Assembly (NCBI RefSeq): GCF_006345805.1
Contig: NC_042998.1
Coordinates: 85,064,001 to 85,128,000, forward strand
DNA length: 64,000 nt
Reading direction: 5' to 3'
Source: Octopus sinensis
Taxonomy: Eukaryota
The position numbers and the translations under genes are program-made. The notes below the pieces were generated by a model. The model had not been told where the DNA came from. It was given only the letters and a program-made list of their open reading frames with translations, and made no database searches. This document shows, piece after piece, positions 39,565 to 53,095 of the stretch. Each line of letters opens with the position of its first letter. The first letter of the stretch is position 1.

Positions 39565-42441
39565 CATTAATAATGAAGTATGAAGGAGAAAGAGGAGAAA
39601 GAAGTAACTCAGTGAAAGTCATTGTGAACATTTAATAGCGTTCTTGTAATACATTAATTCCAACATTACACCACTTCTATTCACAAAGTCAGCCTTGACC
39701 GCAATGAACTCTCATGAAACAATCAATAAATATTCCCCTATTAGGGCTTATTAATTCATTATGGAGCAATATTTCATATATGCAAGCTTAAACTTCATAA
39801 ATAGGGTTTCGACTTTCCTATGTTAATACTAATTAAGAAACCATTTCTTTCTGTTAAACAGTTGGCCATTAACTGACGTGCATAGATGTTAACTAAAATC
39901 TTGAATGTGTGAGCCCTATTTCAAACTAATTGAGAAGATATTGGCATGTAATTATAATTGTGGCAAGGAGTGGCATTAGCTTTGTTGATTATGAGCTGAG
40001 CAGTTATACAGGGCACCCTGAATCTATGAACTAGTTTCAATTCCCAACCAAAGCCATTTAACACTTCACTTACTCAACTAATACCATTGAGAAATGAATC
40101 AGACATAATTCCATGGGTGCACTGAAATAACTTGCACAGAAGATGGAGTGAGAGTAAGGTAAAGAGAAAATAAGTGGCTGGACATTAACCGTTGTGTTAC
40201 CATATTTCTGCTGAAATATACTACCTTTACTTTGAAAATAATGAGGTATTTTGTAAAATAACTTTGTTGTTACAAAGCTGGTGTTTGGGTCATATATTAA
40301 CTTGGATGGTTTTAATCTTGATCACTTTAAAAACAAAGAGTATTATAGAACCAGAGATGGTCTCAGGTGGGTTGGTGTTAAAAGGAGTAAAAGCATATGT
40401 GAGATGGTGTTGAAATATGGAGGAAGATTGGATGGTATATATTGACAGGGCTGGCAGTGGGAGGCACTCATTTGAACTGTTATTCAGCTTCAGGTTAGCT
40501 ACAACCAGGTAGATTTATAATTTGGGGTAGTGAGTCTCAAACTTATTTTGTTTCAGAACCCTTATACAATTTTCTAAAAATCATGGAACTCATACCTGTA
40601 TTTTATGAACAAATCCTACCAACTTAATTTTAAGAAATTAAATGAAACAAAAATTGTTTCCAAGGGAGGAAATTGGTTTACATGAAAAATACATAATTTG
40701 ATTATTCTGAAAATAGTAAATACCGTGTTTTTGACTTACTCTTTTAAAAGTTGTTCTCTGTCCCCCATTTGTTGTTGTTGTTTAACACTAAGTCTGAAAT
40801 GAGCAGATCTATGATCAAAAGTGGAATACCAAGTCCATCACATTTTTCTCCAGGCATAGTTTATCTTGGACTACATTATCTAATATATTCTTTACATCTT
40901 TAAGATGGTAGCAAATAATCTGAGGTAAATTTGGTTGCTATTTCTAGTAAGTTAAGTTACCATGTAAAAACACCCTCATTAGTTTGTCCCTAGGACCTAT
41001 AAGTGGGTGAAGTGGGGTTGTCTGGAGAGCCAAGACAGGAACTGTGACTGTCTGCCAGGCTCTAAATAACAACTTCACAATCCTTTGAATTCTGCAATGA
41101 CGTCTCTGCAGTCTTACACTATCTGACAGAATTACTCTCAAAGGCCCAGCTTATAGCTCCTAATTTTATGTATGATGTTGGAAACTATTATATTTGGATT
41201 GACTGTTATATTTTGTTGTTTCTCTCCTGATTCTTAAATTTTCCTTTTGCAAGGGATGTTCATTTTTAACCTGACATTAAATTTTAGCCTATAAATATAA
41301 AAAAAAACAACAATTTCTTATAACTACTGACTCAAAACCTTGTGTCTTTAAAATCTCCACAAATGACTGAGTAAATTTTCACGTTGACTTTAATGTGCCG
41401 TATAATTATGCTTGAGGTGAATTTAACAACCTGTTGAGATTGTAACAGGTTAATTTCCAGTGTAGAAAACCATTTTAGACTTGACCTTGGATTGTCAGAG
41501 AACTTCCATTCATTTGACATATACTCATATCCATTGTCTCTTCTATCAGGTATTTGATGTCATGGAAAAGTACAATAGAACATTTTCACTAAATCTTATT
41601 AAAAGATGCTTTATCTCACCAAACCCCAGAATTTTTTCATGGGCCCTATTTTGGTAAACACTACTATAAAGTGTTCAAGCCATGACTGCCACATCTATTA
41701 TTGAGGCATAGTGTATTAAATGTGTTATTAAAAAAAAAATGGCAGAGTGTTATTTGAGGAAGATTTGATTCCAATTTCTAAAAGGTCAGATGACCTTCGT
41801 TATTGGCTCTTTACATGTCAGGAAAGAATGAAAGGAGACATAAGTAGTTGTGGTGAAATCATATTTTAGGAGACTGGGCCTCAGATAATAATGCACAGAA
41901 ACAGGAATATGAAGAATGAGTTATGTGTTGCATAGCAAGTCTATTCATCTTTTGCTAGTATGGAGGAAAAAACATAATAAAATCAGAATGATGATTACCT
42001 AACTGCATTAATAATGCATTATAAATATGTAAAAACGTTTTATTGATTACATCCATTCAAAAATATTTGGTGAAACTCTGTCATATTTTTAGCTGATCAG
42101 CCCAAACCAACCATTTTCCTGTACCAAATAACCCTACATAATTCAACATATCCTTGTTATGTTTTATGTATGTGTGTGTGTGTGTGTGTCTATATATGTA
42201 GGTGTGACTGTGTGATTGAGCAGTTTGCTTCCCATCCACATAGTTTGGGATTCAGACCTACTGGTTAGCAGTTTGGACAAGTGTTTTCACTATAGTCCTG
42301 AGCCAGCCAAAGCCTTATGAGAGGGTTTGATAGATGGAAACTGAAAGAAACCCATCTTATATGTTTCATGTTCATTTAATGCCCACTGTTCTTTACTTGC
42401 CTGTATCAGATGGAATTTGGTGAGGCAGATTTTTTCCGCAG

Positions 42442-42497
42442 CTGGACTTCTTTCAATTCATCAATGGCAAAATTGCCAATTGTGATATCAAAGAATG
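42442..42497 (+). CDS. Candidate alternative exon with ATG at 42464 (MAKLPIVISKN), ending in phase 1
   Basis: Acceptor ttttttccgcag|C (inside a SINE fragment) and consensus donor AATG|gtaagt. In frame with the 56698 exon. Could be a chance exon-like signal. Confidence 0.3.
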
Positions 42498-42642
42498 GTA
42501 AGTTTCCTACTGCTATGGATGTCAAAGCATGGCCATACTTCAGCAGGTTGTCCAGATGCAAAATATGTAGATCAACGCACCAGAGACACTAGATGCTTCC
42601 CCAAAGACCTCTGTACTTCCTTCAACTAATACAGCAAATTGA

Positions 42643-42975
42643 CCCCAGGAGTTATTCTTTGTAAGCCTAGTACTTATTCTATCGGTCTCTTTTGCCGAAC
42701 CACTAAGTTACAGGGACATAACACACCAGCATCGGTTGTCAAGCAATGTTGGGGGGACAAACACAGACACACAAACATATATATATATATATATATATAA
42801 TATATATATATATATGATGGGCTTCTTTCAGCTTCCATCTCCCAAATCCACTCACAAGGTTTTGGTTGGCCCAAGCTATAGTAGAAGATACTTGCCCAAG
42901 GTACCACACAATGGGACTGAACACGGAATCATGAGGTTGGTAAAGAAGCTACTTACCACACAACCACTCCTGCAC
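42643..42975 (-). mobile_element. SINE family A; a + strand 5' half lies at 42198-42360
   Basis: Reverse complement of the family A consensus. Confidence 0.85.
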
Positions 42976-42983
42976 ATATAATA

Positions 42984-43021
<38 letters not shown>

Positions 43022-43371
43022 TAAGTATACACTTAAAGTTTTTAGTTTTTTTATTGCATATTAATTCCTTATTTTCCCAAATTTTATTCTCTTCATTATT
43101 ACATAACAGAATCATGGTGTGACACTTCCTTATGTTTAAAAATTTACTATTTTGCTTCAATTATCACTTAATGCTCTGTTATAGTGTACACATCTTTGTT
43201 CAATATTGATACAATTGCAGAAGGATGATGCTTAATTTAGGCACATTTCATATTTTCTGTCTCTCATCACTGAGAAAATATATTGATCGGAATTCATGGT
43301 TGAAAGCAAGAGAATGAAGATGGAAGAGTATCAAAGAATGAAAGATAATAATAATAATAATAATAATAATA

Positions 43372-43423
<52 letters not shown>

Positions 43424-43579
43424 GTAAATAAATAAATAAATAAATAAATGCTTCAAAGAAGAATTATTCAGAATTACTTTAGATTTACTTTACATCTTTT
43501 ACCATCAACCAAGATCGCCAACACCGTAACAGCTCACACTACCATCATCATCATCACTATCTACAATATCCCCATTGTC

Positions 43580-43614
<35 letters not shown>

Positions 43615-43923
43615 CATTATTATTATTATTATCATTATTATTATTATTATAAATGCTGAACTACATTCCATGTTAGCAGTTGGCAGATTGAATTCTTTCC
43701 TTCTCTTCACCTGAAATATTCATACATCTCTGTCTCTGTCTTTATCACAGACAAAAGATTCCATTCATTTCAGAGAGTTCTGCGTTCTTTGTCTGTTTCA
43801 GATTCCTACTTGTCAAACACAATTATATTCTTATGTGCAACCAAACAACTAAATGTGAATTATTATTTTTATTATTGCTGCTTCTATTTACATATTTCTT
43901 CATTTTTTTTTTTTTGCTTTTAT

Positions 43924-44118
43924 TAGTAAATGCATTATAAGGGGCAAGATGAACTAAGAAGAATCTGCACACACACACACACATACACATATACACATAC
44001 ATACACACACATATTTATATGCATGCACGCGTGCAAACACAGACACACAGACATACACACACACACACACACATAGAGTAAATGCATTATGAAGTGAAAG
44101 ATGAACTAAGAAAGAATT
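43924..44118 (+). repeat. Short direct repeat, period ~153 bp, separated by a CA/TA microsatellite
   Basis: agtaaatgcattat.a..g..aagatgaactaagaa at 43924 and 44077. Confidence 0.75.
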
Positions 44119-44501
44119 ATGCATGTGTGTATGTATGATATATACATACATGTATACACACACACACACACATTACTTTTCTACATATATTTTCCCTGCT
44201 ACCATGGGAGAAACAATTGTTTTCATGCCTGGATAGCTTGGAGGCTTATATTTCTGACTACCTAGAAACATATATCTAAGGTGTGTTTGAATATATATGG
44301 GGAATAAATAATTTAATAAACTTATATTTTGTAATTCTTACACATATATTTATTGCATATGAATTATGTATTTATAATTCCCAAATGCTGATTCCAAAAG
44401 CTATTCTCATTTTGGAGCAGTCATATCATGTTGTGACACAAATTCTTTGATTCACTAAATTTCATAGGGAGTTTAAGTGATCTCCTTTCAACTCTATATC
44501 T

Positions 44502-44669
44502 TCATCATCATCATCATCATCATCATCACCATCACCATCATCACCATCATCACCATCATCATCATCATCATCATCATCATTTAACATCATCATCATCATC
44601 ACCATTTAACATCATCATCCTTTAACATCATCATTTCATTTAACATCATCATCATCAGCTTCATCATTT

Positions 44670-44701
<32 letters not shown>

Positions 44702-44703
44702 TT

Positions 44704-44741
<38 letters not shown>

Positions 44742-44856
44742 TTAACATCTTCATTTAACATCATCATCATCATTTAACATCATCGTCATCATCCTTTGAC
44801 ATCATCATCAACAGCTTCATCATTTATCATCATCATCATCATCATCACCATTTAAC
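44502..44856 (+). repeat. Compound (CAT)n array punctuated by TTAA/TTAT
   Basis: Reiterated catcatcatttaac / catcatttat units that match the family C tail junction. Confidence 0.9.
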
Positions 44857-44959
44857 AGCCAGCCAGAGAGCTTCATTTCACCAGGCTCCAGTTGTCTCTT
44901 TTGGCATGGTTTCTATGGTTGGATGCCCTTCCTTAAGCCAACCATTTTACCGAGTGTAC

Positions 44960-45140
44960 TTGGTGCTTTTTCACATGACATCAGTATCAGTGCTATTACA
45001 TGGCACCAGCATAGGTGCTTTATATGTGGCACCAGTACGGGTGCTTTATATGTGGCACTTATACAGGAGCTTTTAAACGGCACCATCATGGGTACATTTT
45101 TACATGACCCCGGCATAGATGCTTTTTATGTGGCACTGGT
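44960..45140 (+). repeat. ~25-bp tandem repeat (ggtgctttatatgtggcaccagtac-like) inside a family C copy
   Basis: About seven imperfect units are visible. Confidence 0.7.
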
Positions 45141-47244
45141 CGGGATAGACTGTTAACAATCATTACATCAGTGATTTACATATTCATTATTCATATGGTC
45201 CAGCAGATTCAAATGTGAATTGCTGTTGTATTTCATCAATGGAGAACATCTCCTTTCAGACAAATATTTGTTCATAACACAGTTAAGTCAATAGCCTAAG
45301 GAGGACTTTGGGACACCCAATGTTTTAACCTCATTGTATCTTCTCAGCCAATGTACTCTGAACTAATGAATCTAATTGGAGTTTGTGGCTCTTGTTTATG
45401 AGTTTACCACTGTGCACTTGATGATTTTTTTACTCATTACATTCCATCTACCAAATCTAGAATTTTAGTTTCCATTTTTTAGTACATTTAGTATTGCATC
45501 ATATCTCAGAATAAAGTGTGCTAATTTTTACTGTCTTTAAAAGAATAAATGGCCTTAATATTTGTTTCTCAATCTCTTATTGTGATAAGAACTGGTTTCT
45601 GTTTTCACTACCCTAGATTTTTCTCAAGATAAAGAGATGCCTGTTACTGAACCGAGAAAAGGGGGAAAATGTAATGGATGAACATTTTTTTCATTAAAAT
45701 CTGACTGCAAAGAAACAAACCAAAATGATTTAATCTATTAGAATTAAATAATTTAGTAATGGATTATCAGTTGCCAGAAACAGAACTGAATAAAAAAAAA
45801 CAAAAAAAAATAAAAAAACAAAAAAGAGGAAACAACTGTTGGTACTTGTTTTCCTTCTACAGAAAGTGAACAAGGCATTGTTCCCATTTTTAAATAGAGG
45901 CTGACTTTGTTTTCTTCTGTTGTAGTTTTCCATGACATCAAGCATCTAACAGAATTGACAAATGGATATGAGTGTATACAAAATGAGTAATGGAAGCTCT
46001 TTGTTGGTCCAAAGTGTGTTTCCGTCTCAATGGATTGTTAAATCCACTTCAAGGATAATTATATGGCACATTGAAGTCAATGATGGCAAAAGTTAGAGTA
46101 TTACAAAAATTTATTTGTGAGGAGTCGCTGTGAAGTGAAGAATTTTGAATTTTGCTTTCCAACTACATGTGTGTATGTATGTCTACACACACACACACAC
46201 ACATCATATGATGTCCAGTCATGAAGCTGTAAAGAGTATCGTCATTACACAAGTTTGTTTCCAATCTACAGTGAAAACATGTGCAGTTATAGGAAAATAT
46301 TGCCTTAGTTGGAAATAGGAGATGGTTGGTGAAAAGAAAGGCATTGACCTGTAGATGATCTGCCTCTGTGAATTCCATCTGATCCATGGAAGCATTGAAA
46401 AATTAAACATTAAAAAGATGAAGATGATGATGATGATGAGGCTTTGAGTCAGCAGGATAGTTATAATTTTTTTTTTGTTTTCTGTTTATAAGCCATAATT
46501 AAATGTAGGTTAGAAAGGAGTGTCTCTTGTGAGGGGAAACAAATTTAGAGTTAGAGAGAAAAACATTTTGAGTGAACCCTTCTGCAAGTGAGGACTGAGT
46601 CCTTGCTGCACCACTCAGGTGAAGCACACAGACTAAAAGGTGAAACCCTTGTGATTCTGAGATACTTGTTGGAGATACAAAAGAGTTTCCAACATTGTGA
46701 GGAATTCAGAAGTGTTTGCAAAATCTCTGAATAACACCTGCAGGGTCTGTGTGAGGCAAAGCATCTCTGATGTTTATTTCACCTTGTTTTTCACATCATG
46801 AATAAAACTAAGGATCACAAGCTAATGAGGGAGTCTCTGCATGGTAACTTTATCTGCTAGAAATAGTAAACAAATCTCCTCAAAATTATTTTCTACTATC
46901 TTAAAAAATGAAGGGCATATTAGATAATGGTCCCAGATACATTATGCCTGAAGAAAGTTATGCTGGTCATGACATTCAGCTTTTGATCATAGAGCTTTTT
47001 AGAACTGACTTGGTGCTAAACAACAACACAAAAAACAACTAAGGGTCAGACTACAATTTGTTAGGGTGTATGACAAAAGAAGGATCTTCTTTAATCCTTT
47101 TAATATCTACCCCATCAAAATTCTTGATGATTTTGGAAATAATTAACAAAAGGGTTAAATATGTTTGCATTAAATTTCCTTCCATGTTTTACTGAAAACT
47201 CATTTTTTAATATGATGAAGACATGGAGAAAAAACACATGCCAA

Positions 47245-48278
47245 GTATTTATTCTTTTATTTGTTTCAGTCATTTGACTGCGACCATGCTGGAGCACCAC
47301 CTTTAGTCGAGCAAATTGACCCCAGGACTTCTTTGTAAGCCTAGTACTTATTCTATAGGTCTCTCTTGCTGAACTGCTAAGTGACAGGGACGTAAACACA
47401 CCAGCATCAGTTGTCAAGTGATGTTGGGGGAAAAAACACAGACACACAAACACATACATATATATATCATCATCATCATCATCATCGTTTAATGTCTGTT
47501 TTCCATGCTAGCATGGGTTGGATGGTTCAACCAGGGTCTGGGAAGCCAGGAGGCTGCTCCAGGCTCCAGTCTGATCTGGCAGTGTTTCTATGGCTGGATG
47601 CCCTTCCTAACGCCAACCACTCTGAGAGTGTAGTGGGTGCTTTTTATGTGCCACCGGCACAGGTGCTAAGGGAGGCTGGCAATGGCCACGATCGGTTGGT
47701 GCTTTTTACGTGCCACATATATATATATATACTAGCAGTATCGCCCGGCGTTGCTCAGGTTTGTAAGGGAAATAACTATAAAGCATTTTGAGAGAGTTAT
47801 AGCCAAAAAATAGGAAAAAAATGGAAAAAAATTATGGTAAATTTTTTTTGAGAGTAAAAAAAGGTGGAGTTGCGTCCCCTAGACGGTCTGTGGTTTGGGT
47901 TTCTTTTTCTCGACCCCATGTCGAATTTATCGATTTTTTTCAGAACTGGGGAACTTTTCAAAATTTTCGCTGCATTAGTTTTGAATTATGACATTGGCTA
48001 TGTGTGTGTCAAGTTTCATCAGAATCGGTTGAAAGCGTGGTCAGGGTGAGGGTACAAGCAAACAGACACACAGAAACACGCACAGACAAACTGCCGTTTA
48101 TATAGAGAGAGATACGACGGCCTTCTTTCAGTTTCCATCTACCAAATCCACTCACAAGGCTTTGGTCGGCACAAAGCTATAGTAGAAGACACTTGTCCAA
48201 GTTGTCATGCAGTGGGACTGAACCCAGAACCATGTGGTTGGTAAGTAAGCTACTTACTACACAGCCACTCCTGTGCCT
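47245..48278 (-). mobile_element. SINE family A split by nested SINE C and Helitron insertions
   Basis: The 3' half (47245-47462) and 5' half (48113-48278) are contiguous parts of one consensus. Confidence 0.8.
47732..48112 (-). mobile_element. Young non-autonomous Helitron (381 bp)
   Basis: The minus strand starts TC (48112) and ends CTAG (47732), inserted between A and T with no TSD. A GC-rich subterminal hairpin-like segment (cctgagcaacgccggg) precedes the 3' end. CpG-rich. Confidence 0.8.
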
Positions 48279-48731
48279 GTATTTGCAGAAATTGTCACAA
48301 ATTTTTCTTGACAATTCTACATATATATGAGAACTCTGAAAATAATCATGCATCAAGTTTTTTTTTTTAACGAGGGTTTCCAAAACCTAGAATATAACAG
48401 AAATATCAAATTACATTTCCTGTACTTAGTCTACTTCTATAAGAAGACAGAGAGAGAGAGACGGAGACAGAGTGAGACGGAGAGAGAGCGAGACGGAGAG
48501 AGAGAAGGAGAGAAAGAGAGAGAGTGCACAATAACGAAAATGCAATGAAGAAACTGTATCAGGAAATAAATTGTATGTTGGTCGGTTACTGATGTCTCAG
48601 AAGGAGATTATGATGCTAATTATACTTTACACTTGCAAACTAAAGAAATGAAAACTCACTCTCTAAATTACATTTGTTTTATTGTGATTCATTCTGAACC
48701 TTATTAATGTTGTAATAAAGTAGTGGAATGG

Positions 48732-48946
48732 AAGGCAGTGAGCTGGCAGAAAAGTCAGCATGCCGGGTAAAATGCATAGCAGTATTTCATCTGATTTTAA
48801 TGTTCTGAGTTCAAATTCCACCGAGGTCGACTTTGCCTTTCATCCTTTCAGCTTTGATAAATTAAGTACCGGTTATATACTGGGGTCGATCTAATCAACT
48901 GGCCTCACCCTGAAAAATTTCAGGCCTTGTGCCTAGAGTAGAAAAG
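48732..48946 (+). mobile_element. SINE family B with an 18-bp TSD
   Basis: aataaagtagtggaatgg at 48714-48731 and 48947-48964. Confidence 0.9.
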
Positions 48947-50498
48947 AATAAAGTAGTGGAATGGGCTGGGCGGACTTCTATCAGTTTCCACCTACCAAAT
49001 CTACTCACAAGGCTTTGGTTAGCCCAAGGCTCTAGTAGAAGACACTTGCCCAAGGTGCCACACAGTAGGACTGAACCTGGAACCATGTAGTTGGGAATAT
49101 TTATAGTATCACTTCCTTATTCTCTTTCACCACCAACACCATCGCCACCATCATTTTTACATAAAAATCTCCATGCTAGAATGCATTGGACAAGACTTCT
49201 TGGGGCAATATTCTATGGCAGGACGCCCTTACTGAAGCTGACCTTTACTTGCTTTTCAAGTAAAGTACTTTCTTTACTCAACTGGTCTTTGCATTTTGAA
49301 CTGCTACCTGCCAGACATTTTATTTATGTGGGACATAAAAAATGGCATCATTCCCTAAGTGGTATCAATGCAAAGTCACAGAAACACATACATGGAAGGC
49401 TTCTGTACAGTTTCCATCAAGTAAATATTAATTCACCAAGTATTGGCCAACCTGAAGCTATAGTAGAAGGAATTTTCTCCTACTCAATTTTGTCTCTTTT
49501 GAATTGTAGCTTAAGGTGCCATTCAGTGGGATTGAACTTGAAAACATGCGGTTGCAAAACAAACCTGTTAAACATACAACCACGCTGCACCACAGTATTT
49601 AATTTTCATCATTCTTCCTTCTGGCATCAACTTTTCCTTTTGTCCCTCTGTAGTTGATTAAACAAGTACCAGTCATGTTCCAGGATAGATTTAATGAATA
49701 TAACCTCCCTTATAAATGTGTGGTTTTGTATCATTATTAGAAATAATACAATAATATAAGTCTTATAAATATAATTATGTAAAAGTATTTTGTTGTGATG
49801 TGTAAATTTCGATCCCATATTTGGATTCAATGCTCTCAAATTAGATAACAACAATGGTTAGTCTACATTACAGATAAATTTGGACTTATGTGATTTCCCA
49901 ATTTCTCTTGTGTATATATTCCTCCCTGGGCTAGATGCTGGTTCATTGCAGGATTACTAATTCTTTACCAGCTGAGTGGACTGGAGCAACATAAAACAAA
50001 GTGTTTTGCTCAAGAGCACAACAAATCACCCAGTCCAGGAATCAAAATCACAGTCTTATGATCATGAGTCCAACACTCTAATCACTAAGCCATGTGCCTC
50101 CACAGATAAAACGACACAAAGTAGACCTTGCTTATTATATATATTATTATGTATATAATTTCATGTAACCTCAAGGTAATGATCTCTGGTTTTTGTCTGC
50201 TCATGACAAGTTGATCAAAACTGTCACTGTTTAGTTTTAACTATTAAGAGAGCAGACTGGCCTAGTTACAATGACAGTGTGTTTATTATTTAATATGTAA
50301 AGTTGACAGTAGTTAGTATTTTAGACAAATAATTATTTATAGACAGTTACCCATTTGTTTAAGTTCTTAGTTTGCACAGTTTCCTCTTAGCAGGAATTCA
50401 GTTGAATTTTTACTATATCTTATTTCATTTATTTATTTTTCTCACTTTACAAACTGTGGAACACTACTACCTCATTTGTTTCAATTTCACAATTTCCT

Positions 50499-50535
<37 letters not shown>

Positions 50536-50538
<3 letters not shown>

Positions 50539-51150
50539 ATAACTGTAATTATATATTATCTGTATAATAATATATGCTCTATTTAGAGCGACTAAATCTA
50601 AACAACTGACTGAAAAAAGATGGACCAAATCACTAGGAATTGAACATGACGTCAATACTTACATGGCTCCATACACACCCAGTTCATCCACACAGCCCAC
50701 CCATCAATTTCAGCTAAATTTAGTGTATAGATAATTATAATCTAGTATATGTATTTATAAATTTGTAAACAAACCCAAAGGTTGAAAAGTATGGACTGTA
50801 AATAAGGACCTATGTATGTCACTCTTCTTCATAATTTAAAGCCATTGGGTTTGCTTACAAATTTATAAATATATATACTACATTAGAATTATCTATACAT
50901 TAAATTTGGCTGAAATTGACGGGTCGGCTATGTGGATGAATTGGGTGCGTACCGAGCCATTTAAGCATTGATGTTATGTTCAAATCCCTATTGATTCAGC
51001 CCATCTTTTTTCAATCAATTGTTTAGGTTTAGTCACTCAAAATGGAGCATATATCATTATATGAATAATATATAATTGAAGTCATTATTAAAAAGGACCT
51101 ATGTGTGTCACTCTTTTCTGTAATTTACACTCCTTGGGTTTGTTACAAAT
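50536..51150. repeat. Older fold-back element (arms ~50536-50776 and 50846-51087) with a partial direct repeat; duplicated at ~51835-52460
   Basis: ~240-bp inverted arms with visible divergence. The segment aaggacctatgt...gggtttg.ttacaaat.tataaata occurs at ~50804-50871 and again at ~51093-51149. Confidence 0.75.
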
Positions 51151-51169
51151 CTATAAATACATACATACA

Positions 51170-51205
<36 letters not shown>

Positions 51206-51218
51206 TATATATTCTTTT

Positions 51219-51292
<74 letters not shown>

Positions 51293-51294
<2 letters not shown>

Positions 51295-51505
51295 AATTAT
51301 TGTATAAAGTGCTCAGGTGCACCACAACTTGTCAAAAGTGCATATAAAGCATATGCAGTAATGTACAAATGTCTGGAAAGTGAACAGTGTATGAGTCAGA
51401 TACATACTTGTGTGGGTATGGAGGGGAGAAAATCAGGTGTAGCGTTGGCAAATCTCAGGAAGCATGGAAGTTTTGAAGGATGCAGTGCTCGGACAACTAA
51501 CAACT
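51293..51505 (-). mobile_element. LINE 3' end fragment (CR1/L2-like) with (ATT)n tail; second copy at ~52600-52812
   Basis: Minus-strand VVSCPSTASFK resembles the VV.A.S...FK terminal motif and abuts an (AAT)n run. Confidence 0.5.
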
Positions 51506-51792
51506 TATATTGTCAAGTAGTAATTACTATTGGTTTTGCATCTACTGTTGCACAATACTGATAACTGACCAAACATGCTGCCAGACGCACATAACCCTTT
51601 TAGGGCATTGAAGATACCATGTGCTTCCAGCTAGCATGTTTGAGTCGTTAGTATTACCAAGTGCAATAAAAGATGTAAAATCAATGGTAACTCTCTGACC
51701 AATCATATACCATAAATAGCAATATACTATTTGTCAAATATAAAAGTATAACTGTTCAAATTCTCTTTATAGTGTCCATGTGTGTGTGTATG

Positions 51793-51823
<31 letters not shown>

Positions 51824-52477
51824 TATATATATATGTAATAACTGTAATTATATATTATCTGTATAATAATATATGCTCTATTTAGAGCGACTAAATCTAA
51901 ACAACTGACTGAAAAAAGATGGACCAAATCACTAGGAATTGAACATGACGTCAATACTTACATGGCTCCATACACACCCAGTTCATCCACACAGCCCACC
52001 CATCAATTTCAGCTAAATTTAGTGTATAGATAATTATAATCTAGTATATGTATTTATAAATTTGTAAACAAACCCAAAGGTTGAAAAGTATGGACTGTAA
52101 ATAAGGACCTATGTATGTCACTCTTCTTCATAATTTAAAGCCATTGGGTTTGCTTACAAATTTATAAATATATATACTACATTAGAATTATCTATACATT
52201 AAATTTGGCTGAAATTGACGGGTCGGCTATGTGGATGAATTGGGTGCGTACCGAGCCATTTAAGCATTGATGTTATGTTCAAATCCCTATTGATTCAGCC
52301 CATCTTTTTTCAATCAATTGTTTAGGTTTAGTCACTCAAAATGGAGCATATATCATTATATGAATAATATATAATTGAAGTCATTATTAAAAAGGACCTA
52401 TGTGTGTCACTCTTTTCTGTAATTTACACTCCTTGGGTTTGTTTACAAATCTATAAATACATACATACATACATACA

Positions 52478-52513
<36 letters not shown>

Positions 52514-52526
52514 TATATATTCTTTT

Positions 52527-52567
<41 letters not shown>

Positions 52568-53095
52568 AATAATAATAATATAATAATAATAATAATAATG
52601 AAATTATTGTATAAAGTGCTCAGGTGCACCACAACTTGTCAAAAGTGCATATAAAGCATATGCAGTAATGTACAAATGTCTGGAAAGTGAACAGTGTATG
52701 AGTCAGATACATACTTGTGTGGGTATGGAGGGGAGAAAATCAGGTGTAGCGTTGGCAAATCTCAGGAAGCATGGAAGTTTTGAAGGATGCAGTGCTCGGA
52801 CAACTAACAACTTATATTGTCAAGTAGTAATTACTATTGGTTTTGCATCTACTGTTGCACAATACTGATGACTGACCAAACATGCTGCCAGACGCACATA
52901 ACCCTTTTAGGGCATTGAAGATGCCATGTGCTTCCAGCTAGCATGCTTGAGTCGTTAGTATTACCAAGTGCAATAAAAGATGTGAAATCAATGGTAACTC
53001 TCTGACCAATCATATACCATAAATAGCAATATACTATTTGTCAAATATAAAAGTATAACTGTTCAAATTCTCTTTATAGTGTCCATGTGTGTGTG

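Noticed and set aside
52864-52872. CTGATGA present only in the second copy of the duplication
   Set aside because: It arises from one of the four substitutions and has no downstream stem II or GAAA.
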